In this document: piece after piece, positions 24,976 to 37,873 of the stretch
Layout: each line of letters begins with the position of its first letter
Position numbering within the stretch: position 1 is the first letter of the stretch
Origin: Ascidiella aspersa
Taxonomy: Eukaryota
Length of the DNA: 64,000 nt
Direction of reading: 5' to 3'
NCBI GenBank assembly: GCA_963924565.1
Contig: OZ004609.1
Location: 31,186,001-31,250,000, forward strand
Notes under the pieces: generated by a model
What the model saw: only the letters and a program-made list of their open reading frames with translations
What the model was told of the DNA's origin: nothing
Databases searched by the model: none
Translations under genes and position numbers: made by a program

Positions 24976-27900
24976 CCGTAGGGAAACATTAGGCGTTCTA
25001 GAATATTCGTTTTCTTACTCAAAAGCACTAATGCGTTTAAACCGATAGCAATTCCATTTCGCAAGGTAAAAGTCAATCAATCTTTATAGATAATTTGCTC
25101 AGACGACCAAAACATTAAATCGCTACCATAGTATCGAAAGTTCCTCTTAAAATAGATTGGGTAAAACACTGTTTAAGTACTGTACTGTCTAAATATTAGA
25201 CGGGGCTTATGGTTTGGTGAATGTTTTTGCGTTGGATTTAGAATGAGTGTGAGTTACGCGGCGCTTAAATAAGCGTTTTGCCATCAAGTTACCTGCAAAG
25301 TTCGACGGCGTTACGTAACGAAGCAACGTAAGGCAACAACGCGTTACGTAGAACGAAAGAACACTAATCGGCCTTACGAGCGTTATGATTTGAGAAAATG
25401 TGATGTACGTTGAAACGATTGCCGTAATTGTTAGCTTAAAGATATTTCTCGTCCGATAGGCCATACTACGTCCATCGGCGTGCCGGATATGATTGTACAT
25501 TAGCCGCGTAGATGCCACGAAAACCCGGGTAAGGTTGTTTCTTTCATAATGTTACCACGAGTAATCGAATCGCGTAATTTGCGCAGTTTTACGCACGTAT
25601 TTGTTCACTGCAAGACACATTTTAAGTCACTTCAAAACCTGGAGACAAACTGTTTATTTCGAATAAAATTTCGCTTACTGGGCATCGACAAAAATGAAAA
25701 GTAAAGTTTATCAACCTTTAATTTTTCGCTCTACATAGAAACAGCGATTAATAAAATTGAAATACTTATCAACGATAGGCCTAGCAGCGGATTTTAACTT
25801 TCGCGCCGCGGAGTTCCGTTGCACCATAAAAGTAGGCCAGATGCTCCGCGGGCAACTTGGAAAAAATTCCAAGATGTTAAACAATTTTTCGAATATGCTC
25901 ATTAGGCATAGCACTTGAAAATTTGGGAGCTATGAAGCCTATGTAACACACCTAAAAAAAAGTTCAAGAGAAGTCTTAACAAAAAATTCGTGGTCGCTTC
26001 GCTCGCTAGAACGCCGCCACGTATTTGGAGTATACAGGTGGGCCCTGACTAAAAAAATTAATAAACACTGAACTAAAGGGTAGCAATAAAAATGTTGTAG
26101 CTTTTAACATGTAATGAAAGGGCGCGCGCCTTGCATTTTCTGTGCAAATAAAATCTCGCTTCCTAAGCAAGCAACATTGTCAAAGCAAACAGCGTAAAGC
26201 CTCTCTAAATTATCGACTTACAAATAAATTTCCATACGAACAGGACGAGGGTTAACATCTTCCTGTTTGTCAGTTTTCCCTTTTTAGGTTGCGGATTGGA
26301 CATTTGCATATTCACCGACTGCTGAAAGTTTGTAATTGAATATTACAGTTCTGCAGCATTGTTGAACAGTTTCAGACATGGTTGTTAACTTTAGATACTT
26401 GTGCAACAAAGGGCGATTTCTGGAATAAACTGATTGTTATTTTGACAATCGATACTAAACGAAGCTTTTTGTGTATGTGCATCGATATAATAACTATTTC
26501 GATATATTTAAAATTCCTACTAGCAATAAGTTTTTGGGAGAGAATATTTGGGAGCACATCTGATTTTGAAAGACAACACGGTGGTTCAAAATTTGTTTGT
26601 CCACATTAGACAGCGCGTGTTTTACTTTAAAATCTTGCAAAAAATTAGAAAGTGATTTATCTTGACTTGCTTTAAAACATTTGAGGCTTAACTATAAATC
26701 TTTGGAGCATAAATCTTTAAATTCTTAAACCTGTTTTTTTTTAACTCAGAAAATGTAAACACTTTCGCGTAATTTAAATACAGCAAACGCACCCGAGGTA
26801 TTTTATTCCAGCAAAGTTACAAATACTCTATCGTAGCAAAGGGCCCTGCTCTCAAGCTAGAACATCGAATAACGCCGTCCCTTTTATAAGCCACCCGGAT
26901 ATGACACAATACCAACTGAATAAACGCGAAGCCAATAAAACTGTTTTCTGGTCTGCTCTGCTTGCATCATAGATCAACAGATTCGGTGAGTCTGCAATGG
27001 CTTTCGGTGTACTAATTATACGTAAGCCGTAATCGTTGGTCAAAAAGCAGCTTCGAAGGGCTAGATCTCAGTTATTAACACACAATATGTGAGAATGTTT
27101 CATTGAACCAATACAAGTGTTGCTAAAATTAAGCCATGTGGCTCTCTGCGAAATTTTACTGTACAAGATAAAAACTGGTAGCTTTTGCTGCATTTTTACA
27201 TTAAATACAGCGTTTTTTCGGGTATTCTATACTCATTTTTGGTCTCTGTATAGCTGACTTTCGTAGTGTGAAATGTGGACCTTAACAAATGACCAGTTTA
27301 CCATAGCATAATTAACTGTTTTGATAGGTGTAATTTTCGAGGAACTGATAAACAGACAGAATCTCACACAATCTGACAAGCACAAGAATAAATCGCCTTG
27401 TTCTAATAAGACATTTCGATTTACCAATTATTTTATATTTTTCAACTGCGCTGACCAAACGTTAGACTCGTCGCTTCCAATTCACATCCCTGGAGTCAAA
27501 TCAAAAGAAGAGCGTACACTTTCCAATTGGGGAAAAATACAGCGGAAAATACACAACCAAAGATGGACGAACAGTCAAACACAGAAGTGCTGGCATTCCA
27601 AGCCTTAATCCACTATTTGCACGCCTATGAACCAGGCACGGAATCGCCACATCAACAATTTAGCTAATTAGTAGAGCACAAGTATCGTGATTTAGAAACG
27701 GATAGCGTTTGGTCGGGCAGTGGTGGCCGCCGATTTATGTACGCCCGCAATGCGATGACGTCACCATTGCGTGTCGCCGCATGTGGGTCGCGCGTGTTGT
27801 GACGTATGGGGTGAGACGGTGAGGCAAAATTGGAGCGAATAATTTTAAACAAAATGCAAAACTTACCAGAAAAGCAAAAATTTATGCGGGAACCAAGGAA

Positions 27901-29485
27901 ATAAAGGCAGAAAAAAAGAATTATTGATATGGTACATTCCCTGATAAAGGCTTCCCGGATAGGTAGCAGAAACGTTGGACAAACAAATAAATACGACAAA
28001 AAAACAAGCAAGTTTTCATAATTATTGGGATTTTTCTCGCCGCTGCGCCACTTTGCCGGGGTATTTTATAAAGCAAGACTTTTTTCCGTTTCGGGCAACC
28101 GCTTACGTGCAAAGACCATGTAACAATCGGCGTCGAAACGCGTGGTCTAAATTTATTCCGCAGTTCGCGTGTTTATCAGCACGTAGTCGTAGACGGTCGG
28201 TCACCGGCGATTGAAGACCAAGCCAAAGCGTAATGGAAGGCGGTTGGGCTCCGGGAGAATAAAGAAACATGTCAGGGACTGTTGGGAGAACTGTGCTGGC
28301 AGCGGACAGCTACGCAACATACATACGCCGCAAATGCTGTGTGCTGTTGCTCTCTTCTGCATTCGAAGTTAGCTTGGGTCGTATCCGGTGCGTGTCACGT
28401 AGACAGCCCCGCCAGTTTTAGACGCTTCATGCGTCATTCCACTTATCGAATTACCCGCGGCTCGTGTATTAGCGCTCGAAAGGCGAGCGATATCTGAGGA
28501 ATTGCACTTTGCCACGAAGCGAGAGTTGATTAAATCAAATGTAACTTGATCCCTCTCCAGCTAAAGCGAGCTTTGATTGACACACGAATCAACGCCAGCA
28601 TAAAGCAATATCCTTGTCTGTCGCCTCGTTCCAATGTCGACATTAGCCTTTTGGCATAGCGACGCCTTATGTGTGAGGCCGCAGCCTTGTACCGTGCGCG
28701 GCGTTCGGTACCCGGCTGTACGAAACCTGCATTGTGGACATGTGACCGGCAAGGTAGCGTTGTTTGCCGATTCAGCACCTTGAAACTCGATCAGCCCGGA
28801 AGAGATAAAAAACTCCGCCGACCCTGCTCACGGATAATGTGACTGACTTGGCAAATTTCAGTAGGGCTCGGCTTGGGGCCGAAGGAAACGTCTTTCTCGT
28901 TTAGGGGCGTTTTCCAGCGAACGTGAGCAAATTTAACGGGCTACACTGTCGAATCTCACTTTATGGGGCTATAAAAACGCCTGTGCATACATATTTTGAC
29001 GGTGCAAATATTATCGAACCAAAAAGGAAATTAGGATTCTTATCGCATATGGATAATGGTCCTTAAACGTTATCCATGTTTGTTGGAAGTGGTTATGTAC
29101 TTAAAACAATACATTGGTCCCTTTTGTGCTAGTATCCTTTTTTAAGCAGTTACGCTGCTCGGTTGAGGATGGTAAAAGTACTAGAATTTCGTGGGATTCG
29201 AACCCACGATCAATCCATTACGATGCTTTGCTGGTTTTAAATCGCAATATTTCACATGCCAGGTATAGTTTCAAAAATGACACAAAAATAAGTGCACAAC
29301 GCAATCTTAAAGACTTCTTAAGCAAAAAAAAAACGGCTACGTTTGCGCGCTTATTAATTCAAACCTATGACAATTAAATTGAAAAGCGTCATTCACAATT
29401 TGTTTTGTCAATGACGACCAATCTACATTTTTTACGGGTCGCGTCGTTCTTGTGGCGTAAATGTAAGGAGCCTATAGACTTATAG

Positions 29486-29811
29486 CAGGGGTTCTTAAAC
29501 TTTTTTTACCGCGGACCCCTAAAATTTTCTTTCATCTCGTGTGGACCACTGTAGGCAAAAAATATTAAAAAATGGCGTCACAAAAGAAATATACTTCATA
29601 AATTTGTTGATTTTGGTCGAAAAATGCGAAAGTGAAATGGAGTCTAAATAAATTCAGTGCAATACCGTTTTATTTTTGATTAAATTGTTTTCTTTAATGA
29701 TGTGATTACTTCTTAAATATACACTAATATTTCAATTAGATCTTTATGGACCCCATAAAACTAGTTGTCGGACCCCCAAGGGGTCCATGGACCCCATTTT
29801 AAGAACCCCTG
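29486..29811. mobile_element. hAT-type MITE, same family as 40752-41091
   Basis: TIR CAGGGGTTCTTAAA / TTTAAGAACCCCTG; TSD ACTTATAG/GCTTATAG; internal GGACCCCCAAGGGGTCC hairpin. Confidence 0.92.
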
Positions 29812-32385
29812 GCTTATAGCCTTGCTTGTCTACGTTAAATTTGCGAATCGATCCGGAATTGTCGCATTCAATTAAGTGGTTCAAATCGATTCTAGGCAAA
29901 ATGGTTCTGTGAAGGGAAAAAGGTTTAATTTGTTAAAGGGTCCCGTTCGTTTTATTTTTTATTTTTTGATTAAAAACAATAATTGAGCCAAAACGCGCAC
30001 ATGAGTTTTGGCAATGTAAAAATAAACGCGACATCGTTTTCTGCACGTCTACAGTAATACATTAAACATTTGCGAATATTTTAGGTCACGTCGTGGTTCT
30101 ATCTCATGTATTATTGATTTAGAAAAGTACCGTACACTAACAATGGACTAACTCCCATTGTAGAAAGTTGTAAATAAAAATTATATTTTAGAAAATAAAG
30201 TCTCTTGTCCTCTCTCAGTATGAAAGCAATGTAGATTTCGAAGTGAATTTACATAAGTAAGGAAGAAACAACAGTGATTTACCAATTTTGAGCCATTATA
30301 TATTACACGCTGTTTTGGGGGTATTGAAAAGTGTCCATTACCAAGGGACCATTACTGTTTACCCTAGCGACTTATGTGCCAACATTTAGAGCCACAATCA
30401 GCTACAGTGAAATACCTACGGTACCGGTATATTATTTGGCCTGCGACCTATAACGGTCTACAGTTAAAAGAAAACATTTAAACCGAACCCTGAGCCCATT
30501 TGTTGTTTAAACCGTAGGCCATAAGCCCACATAATAAATCAGAATCATAAATATGGACCACTTAATATATCGAAATCTAAAACATGGGCCACAAGGAATA
30601 GGAGTTCTGAAGTGTGAGAGGGTGTAATAGGGCTCGCAGCAAGATTCGAAAATCTCGTCATCGTTACATGCGTATAAAGCACGTCCAAACACACGCAGGC
30701 CTTTCACGAGCTTCAGCTAACGCTAACAAGAACGAACGAGCGCAAGGCCTCAGTCTGGCGAATTCCCCTTTCATAGCATCTACTTGTGTATACCAAGTCA
30801 AAACGCGTTCCGCTTTGGCCAACCATCTGTGACGAGTCACGTGATCCCGGGTCATTTGAAGTCGCTCAACGATCACGTGGCTTCTGTAATATGTTGTGTC
30901 GTGTCTGAGCTCGAATGAGGCCTTCTCTCTTTCATCAATAAGCGCGCCGCCGATGCCTACGTGACCGTATATTTTACTCGCTACATCTTTGCCGAACGGC
31001 GCATCAGTGGAAAGATACGAGCGCGATTTGTGCAACCTTGCTCGAGCGTAAATTCGGTTGCCTATTGTAACGAAACTTAGCATTCGGACATAGACGCAAA
31101 ACAATTCGGCCGTTAGGCAATCTTTTTTTAACGGCACTTTAAAATGCTAAGGTGCGCATTTCCTGACGGTTGGCTGTCATCCAAAATTACAAACATAACT
31201 AATGCGTTATGCTGCAGCGCTTGTCAAGAAATGTCCTAATGACTGCAATTCGTCTACTACTAAAATCGAACCTTTACGGATTGAATGATCCATTTGTAGG
31301 GTATAGTGACCAAGCCGATTAGCAATTACATTCGTTTAATTCATATCGAGGATTAAAACGCTTAAAACCGGTTGCTTTGTAGCGTTTAAAACTTGGTTTA
31401 CAAGAAACACGCCAAGTCCTTTAATTTAGACTTTGCCTGTGTGATCAACAAATCTGGGTTAAAAGCCATGCGAAAAAACAAAAGATAAACGAACTCGCCT
31501 TGCGTTTGCATAATGTGGCACATGTTGTCTCGCTCAGATAGGTTCCGCCGAGATCCACCTCCAAATTACATCCATGTTCAATAAACGACACAGTTATATC
31601 TTAGCTCCACCAACCAACTAGCCCTAGGTAACATCGACCCGGCATTTATACGTTCTCCGATGCCGCAAGATCTTTCTGGAGGATTCGCCGCAAGTGACGC
31701 CATTGTTACGTCACCATCGCGTCACTGGAGAGCGCGCGCTCACAATATTTGCCCCCTGGCGCGGCTTGTTTTTGTCGTGAGGTAACAGGCTCGGGTCTGC
31801 GTAAATTGTTTCCTGTTGGAGCGTGAAAATCGGGGATTGTAAAATTTTGCGCGCGCTGGTGTAAATAAATGGAATTCGTTGGTTGATCAATTTCGTGTTC
31901 AAGTTAGGAGATTGACGGATGACATTGCTTGTCAATATGGTTACACATTAACATATCCATACAACTAACTGTTAAACATTTTTCGTTCAATATTTTTTCG
32001 AAACGTAAATACTTGATTTACATTATAAGCCCTGCTTCCAGGCCTAAAATCTTTCGACCAAAATAGATTAATTCGCCTTAAATCAAGCGCTCAAGGTACA
32101 TTATGTTTCAATCAACAACAACTGGTATAAAAATAACTGAATAATAATTTGGGTGTGCTACAATTATTCAAGCATATTGCTTGCTGGGACGATATTAGAC
32201 TATTGATCAGCGTTCACAATAGCCGAACAGACCACGAATCCTCTTTGCCGTCAACATTTAGCAGCACAGAAAGTCCCTAACGATTCGGGATCGCACTATT
32301 TCACGAGCGCGAAATTTCACGTCCGCGCAGCGCTACGTCGCCAACCGCACGTAGGCAAACTCCCAGGCCAGACTGAGCTATGCGT

Positions 32386-32501
32386 GGCACGTGACTTTCA
32401 AAAACAAGCACCACGCGCCTCGACCCGTCGGTCTGAAGGTCGTCGCTCCGTCACGTGACCGCACTCCTCGCCGACTGTCAACAACTATGACGTCACGGAA
32501 G
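32386..32501. promoter_or_regulatory. Promoter/enhancer-like motif cluster (E-boxes/CLEAR, CRE, ETS)
   Basis: GGCACGTGAC 32386, GTCACGTGAC 32450, and TGACGTCA 32488 followed by CGGAAG, in a locally GC/CpG-rich patch. Confidence 0.5.
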
Positions 32502-32790
32502 CCAAATTGGGCCGGTTTCGGTTCTCGTATAGGTTAAGGTTTGGTGTTGAAGAGTAATCGCGCCCAGCTGACCGCTGCTGAAATTTGCGAAATTGCGGCA
32601 AGGTGCAAATCGTTTACAATACATTTACATGACGCCAGTTTCTATAACTGCTTTAAAAGTCGGGCTTTTTTGCAAACCATATGCCTGCTTTTCAAGCAGT
32701 TGGTAGACTTCCCTGATTGGCACGACACAGGAAAGCAAAGTTAAAAGTTGGTGGGGTGAGTCAACTGGTCTAAAGGCTGCAATGTTTTAG

Positions 32791-32940
32791 TGTTGAGTTA
32801 AATTTATTTCTTTTCTGTGGATGTTTTTTTTTTCAATGTGCCGGAGTGACCGCTAAACTCGCAAAATAAAATTTATATATTTTGGGTGTGCTACATTGAA
32901 AAAAAAACATCCACAGAAAAGAAATAAATTTAACTCAACA
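32791..32940. repeat. Near-perfect inverted repeat, ~48-bp arms with ~53-bp spacer
   Basis: 32791-32839 is the reverse complement of 32893-32940 except for T10 versus A9. Confidence 0.95.
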
Positions 32941-34868
32941 AGGTGTAAATCCTAAGCCTCTATAATTTTTATGCGTTTTCTACCATACGCCTGCATTTTA
33001 AGCAGTTGGAAGACTTTCGACCTTGGCACGTTCTGTCGTGATGACACGTAAAAAAACAAAGTAAAACAGTGGGTGTGAACTAATATATAGGCCGCATTGT
33101 TTTGGTGACAGTTCAATGGTGTATTTTGTTTATTTATTCTCTGCGGTTCTTTCAGTTTTCAATCAACAGGACACAACAACAAGCTTAAACTGTGACACAA
33201 TAACGTCATAAGTTTCTTTTGTTAACGTCCACCATTTCTTAGAACTGGGAAAGCGTAAATATTTTTTTACTAACGACTTTAGCTAGCCGTTTATAGACAA
33301 CAAAATTGAGCCCTAATAAATAGGTTTTTCTGTTTGTTACTTAAAAGTGATTTCTATATGTGGGCCCAATTGACTACACAGCCCAAAGAACATAAATAGT
33401 TAACCCAGTACTGATTATAATATCAGTAGCAAAGCGTTTTCACACGGTTAGCGTTTAGAGCGCTGTTCATATTGCGTTGCAACCTAAAGCGTGCAAGACT
33501 TAAGCGGACAGAAAACCAATGTAACAGCTTGCAATATCGATAACTTATAAGCCGTTATCGGCTTTAATGTAAGCGTTCATTCGGACATGCACTTACATTG
33601 CTTCGAATCGAAACGAGCGTTTCTCCATAGGTTTAGGTATGTCTGTAGTCTGGTCGTGTTGTGCACTCAAGCTTCGCGCCCGATTGCGAACTTTGCCCGC
33701 TTACGTCACCTATGGACTCTGTTGTCCGCCAAACCGTACACCGTTACTTTATAGCAAAATGATGTGGGAAATATTGGAATGTCGACGCGCTGGCCATTAG
33801 GGCAAAACATGTTTTGGAATTAATAACAATGTGACGTGACCATATACGGATATATTTTCAAATTAACGCTTATTGCACGTGTTTGAATTTGAGAATTTGT
33901 TGACCAATAATTACCATAAGCACATCGCCAATTATCATTTTTAGACCCGTGATCCCTTCGAATGTCGTCTTTTAATAAAAAAAAAAAATCCAGTTTATGT
34001 TAATAATTCAAAATTTTCGGGCAGCCAAGGAGGAAAAACAGACTTCTCCAAGTCGTACCGTTATATCTATAGCCAGAGGTGGTTTTCCGCATCATTAATA
34101 AGCACATTAAGGGAAACCGGAGTGACCTAAACGTTATATGACGATGGGCAAGGACATCGCTAAGAATACACACAACCCGACTAAGGGTTCCTTACCGATG
34201 AAAGTGACTTTCACTGCAGACTAATCACAGATTTTTTTTAAATAAAGCCTTAAAAATGAATATAATTTTGTATAAATAAAGAAGTATTTAACAAGTCATG
34301 GTTAAGAAACATTCGTGTCTAATAAAAATCTATGTTTCCAAATATCACATTTTTTTGGAATTGTATTTTAAAGATTCCAAATAGTTTTATCTGAATAAGG
34401 GTATTTCCAACATTGTTTATAAAACTTACAGATTATTAGGCATAGTTTAAAATACGCTCGCATCATACACGTTTCTCTAAATTGGCCAAAACACAGTCGC
34501 GCACGAGTATGCTGCACGAAAAGCATTTCGCAATGAGATTGCAATTATCTATTTTTAGAAATCAATTATTGGCAATTCGATGTTGACTGTGTCAAATTGC
34601 AAAATCAAAGCCAGACACATTAACAGTTAAACAAACATATTTGTTTCGTATATTTGCTTGGTTTCTTCAACCCAGACTAATGGATTGTATTGCTTGGTGC
34701 AATTATGGTGCAATTATGGTGCAATTAAGTTAATCTACATGTTCATCATATACCTGTAATGCTATCACTGAGATGTGGGAACCAAAGTTCGTTTTCTTGT
34801 GCTAAACATACGTCATTTCAAATGGCCGCACAATCGTTTTGCAAGATTTCACTGCATTGTATATACAC

Positions 34869-35120
34869 CAGTGTTTCTCCAACTTTTTTAGCTCGCGACA
34901 CGCCACGAAACTAAAAAGATCGCGACACACTTTCTACATAACAAAGTACATAACTTTAGAAAAACCTTAATTACATGACACGGCAATAGGTCAATACAAT
35001 AATATTAACCGATCCAAAGGACAGTGTGTATTCTCGCATGTTTCTGAATAACATCAATAGTTTATTAATTAATTTAAAAAAAATTGCCGCACACCTATCC
35101 TAGTTTCTCGAGAAACACTG
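34869..35120. mobile_element. hAT-type MITE
   Basis: TIR CAGTGTTTCTC / GAGAAACACTG; degenerate TSD ATATACAC/GTATACTG. Confidence 0.7.
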
Positions 35121-35514
35121 GTATACTGGTATACGCTCATCTTTTTGAGGATAAACACAAATGAAAAACTCGCTTAGGAAACAATAAACATCCCTATATC
35201 AGTTGTTCACTGCGAAAATGGTTTTGCCAGAAAGGAATTAAATATACAAACTATATATTGTCATACATATTACATAAGTTTCATTGGGCAATACCGGGCA
35301 TAAAAACTCAGTGTTAGCCACAATTTTCGACATTTGTTTTGCAGTATAGAAATACTGGTTTTAGATCGGATGGTCATACTTTAAATACAACGCAATGAAA
35401 ACAAGATCAAAGCATTTCCATCGGAATAAACAACAAAGATCGCACACAAATATCGCAATTACATAAAAGATAAACACAAATATGTGTCCAACAACTGTAA
35501 GACCTTCTGAGGTT

Positions 35515-35780
35515 GCTTTTTGACCAACGCTTATGGCTTATATACGTATCATAGTATCGAAATCTAACCAAATTTGTCGATCAATGATGCAAGCAAGACA
35601 GGCTAAAAAACAACTAAAGGTATAGCTGCTTTTTGACCAACGTTTACCGTTATACGTATCCTAGTACACCGGAAGCCATCGCAGTCGTATCAAATTTGTC
35701 CATCAATGATGCTGAAAGCAAGGTAGGCTAGAAAATAAAACTATAGCCCACAGTGAAGTTCGAACTCACAACCTCCGGCC
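35515..35780 (-). mobile_element. Two partial minus-strand copies of the same SINE-like element (35515-35614, 35628-35780)
   Basis: The reverse complement of 35668-35780 (GGCCGGAGGTTGTGAGTTCGAAC...TTTTCTAGCCTACCTTGC...GATGGCTTCC) aligns to 35850-35951; 35515-35614 is a tandem partial of 35628-35740. Confidence 0.75.
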
Positions 35781-35810
35781 ATGTTTATTTCTAGACTCGT
35801 TCCCTTTCGG

Positions 35811-35960
35811 GCATGTGTAGCTCAGTTGGTAGAGCGACAGGACCTATACGGCCGGCGGTCGTGATTTCGAACCTTGCTGTAGGATTTGTTTTTCTAGCCT
35901 GCCTTGCTTGCACCATTGATTGACAGATTTGGTACGACTTCGATGGCTTCCGATGTATAC
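35811..35960 (+). mobile_element. tRNA-derived SINE-like element
   Basis: A box and D arm TAGCTCAGTTGGTAGAGC, B-box-like ATTTCGAACC, then a non-tRNA body shared with neighbouring copies. Acceptor and anticodon stems do not pair. Confidence 0.75.
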
Positions 35961-37605
35961 GTACAAAAGTACTTCAGCGTACAGTACACATACTTTGTAC
36001 AAGAACAGGCTTTTGAGGATTAAGCCTATTACAGCAGGCGCGAAATAATTTCATTTACCGTTGCACATATCACGTTTTATTTTCGGCCATTCGTCTACAT
36101 ATTACTCGACTAGGCGCTTATTTTTTTTGCACGAACAACTTTGTCTGTTGTGCATTGCTTGTTTAATGCACGCAGCACTTTAACAGCAAATCACATAACG
36201 CTATAATTAACAGAATAAACTTAAATATTTGAAAATATATGCCTGCCTTTGGCCTGTAAAGTCAGTCTTGGCTCTGCCTGCGTTTACAGCAAACCATAAT
36301 CTTAGGATATCGACATGACGTTACAGCTCATAATAAACGCAAAGGCAAATTGAAGTTTGCACAATGGGATTGTTACCTCAAGGCACAAATAAAAAGTTAC
36401 ATAACGTTTTAAGCAACCCACACAGAATTCCTTGACTCTCTGTATTTTCAAGTGTTCCCATATTTAAAAGATTAATTTGCACTTCAAGGTTTTTATTATT
36501 AAGTTTTTGTGCGCTTGACTGAAAAAACGTTTATGAAGTTGTTAATCATGCAAATTTAAATGTCGTTTCAGGGTTAAGTTTTTACTGTTTATATGTACGC
36601 CATGGCATAAACAACATTTTGCATATACCCTCAACGCCCAACGGACAACTTTCAACGTTCTAAGCATCCCAGATGAACAAAGTGCAAAGCGCGTGCTTCT
36701 CAACTTGGCCATTACGCGGTCTTCTGGTATGTTGCTGTTACATAATCACGCCCGTTGATATCCGCTTTAAAGCCAAACATTGCATCATGTCAAGCACGTG
36801 TTTGCAAGTGGTTTGTTTGCAGGCGGACTTGGTTGAAATTGGTTATGCATTAACGCCTGTGGCTTTCCCACCTATGGGGAAAATTAACGACGGTGTCGCT
36901 ACATGTTAAGTGCGTGGCGTTTAACGGTTTTCAGGGTTTCATGCTAAAGCTCAAATGGAGGGCAATAAGGTCTGATTATATCGGAAAGACATAATTAAAG
37001 CACAACGTTTTATTTATTGAAAACAATGTTAGTTAAATTACAATATTTTTTTTTTAGTGACGAAACCTTTGAAAACACACACAAAAAAATTACGTCGATT
37101 GTATTTAATATTTTTATGTTTTTATTATTCTTTGTTGATAGTTTTATTTCTCTAAAGCATTTTACTTGCGCTTGCGTCACTACGTTGTGCATTTCGCGTT
37201 TATCCTTACTTGACCTGATGAACCACGTAAGCATTACAATACAAAGTGTCGTTTTAACAGTGCCGCCCGGTTTCCAGATTTATACTTTTATTAAATTTGC
37301 TGCCAAATCCCGTGTATTGCCTTCGAAAAAAAAACTTACTTTTATCGTTTAAAATTTAACAAAATGTAATCTGCCCCTCATTAAACTCTTTCACGTTATA
37401 AATATAAAAGTTCTCCAGGGCCAAGGTTACAGGTGATAAAGTGATTGTCAAATAGTTGTTGTTTATTCGAACAACCCTGACTAGCCGGTTCCGCATACCG
37501 GTCGTTTCCTCTTGTTTAACGTCTGGTGGTTTTACGGCGCCCGGGATTGACCCTCCTGAATGTGTACTTGCTCGTTAAACACAGAGTTTAGCCACCAGCA
37601 TTTAG

Positions 37606-37873
37606 CTTTTTTTGTAATGACTTAGGTCAATGACTTGCCTTAAGTGCACTTGAGTCACTGTTTTCAAATGACTTGACTAGACTCAGGTCTTTTAGCCAAA
37701 TCACTCGCGAGAGATTACTTTAAGAAAAGGACTTGACTTGGAATTTATTGCTCTAATAATGACTTGACTGGGACTGGACTTGTTGTTTATTTAAAAAGAC
37801 TTGACGTAGAAGTACTTTACAAATGACAAGACTGAGACTAAAGTCATTTCAAAATGACTTGTTTACAAAACTG
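37606..37873. mobile_element. MITE rich in GACTTGACT subrepeats; a related inverted copy starts at ~63733
   Basis: Flanked by GCATTTAG on both sides. The right end AGTCATTTCAAAATGACTTGTTTACAAAACTG resembles the reverse complement of 63733-63765. Confidence 0.7.

Noticed and set aside
29185-29212. tRNA T-arm/B-box-like GATCGTGGGTTCGAATCCCAC on the minus strand
   Set aside because: No A box or D arm at the right distance; at most a SINE fragment.
30664-31137. 157-aa minus-strand ORF
   Set aside because: GTG start, no recognisable homology, overlaps an E-box-rich GC patch; not excluded without a database search.
35811-35884. Functional tRNA gene
   Set aside because: Acceptor and anticodon stems do not pair, and it continues into a body shared with adjacent repeats.
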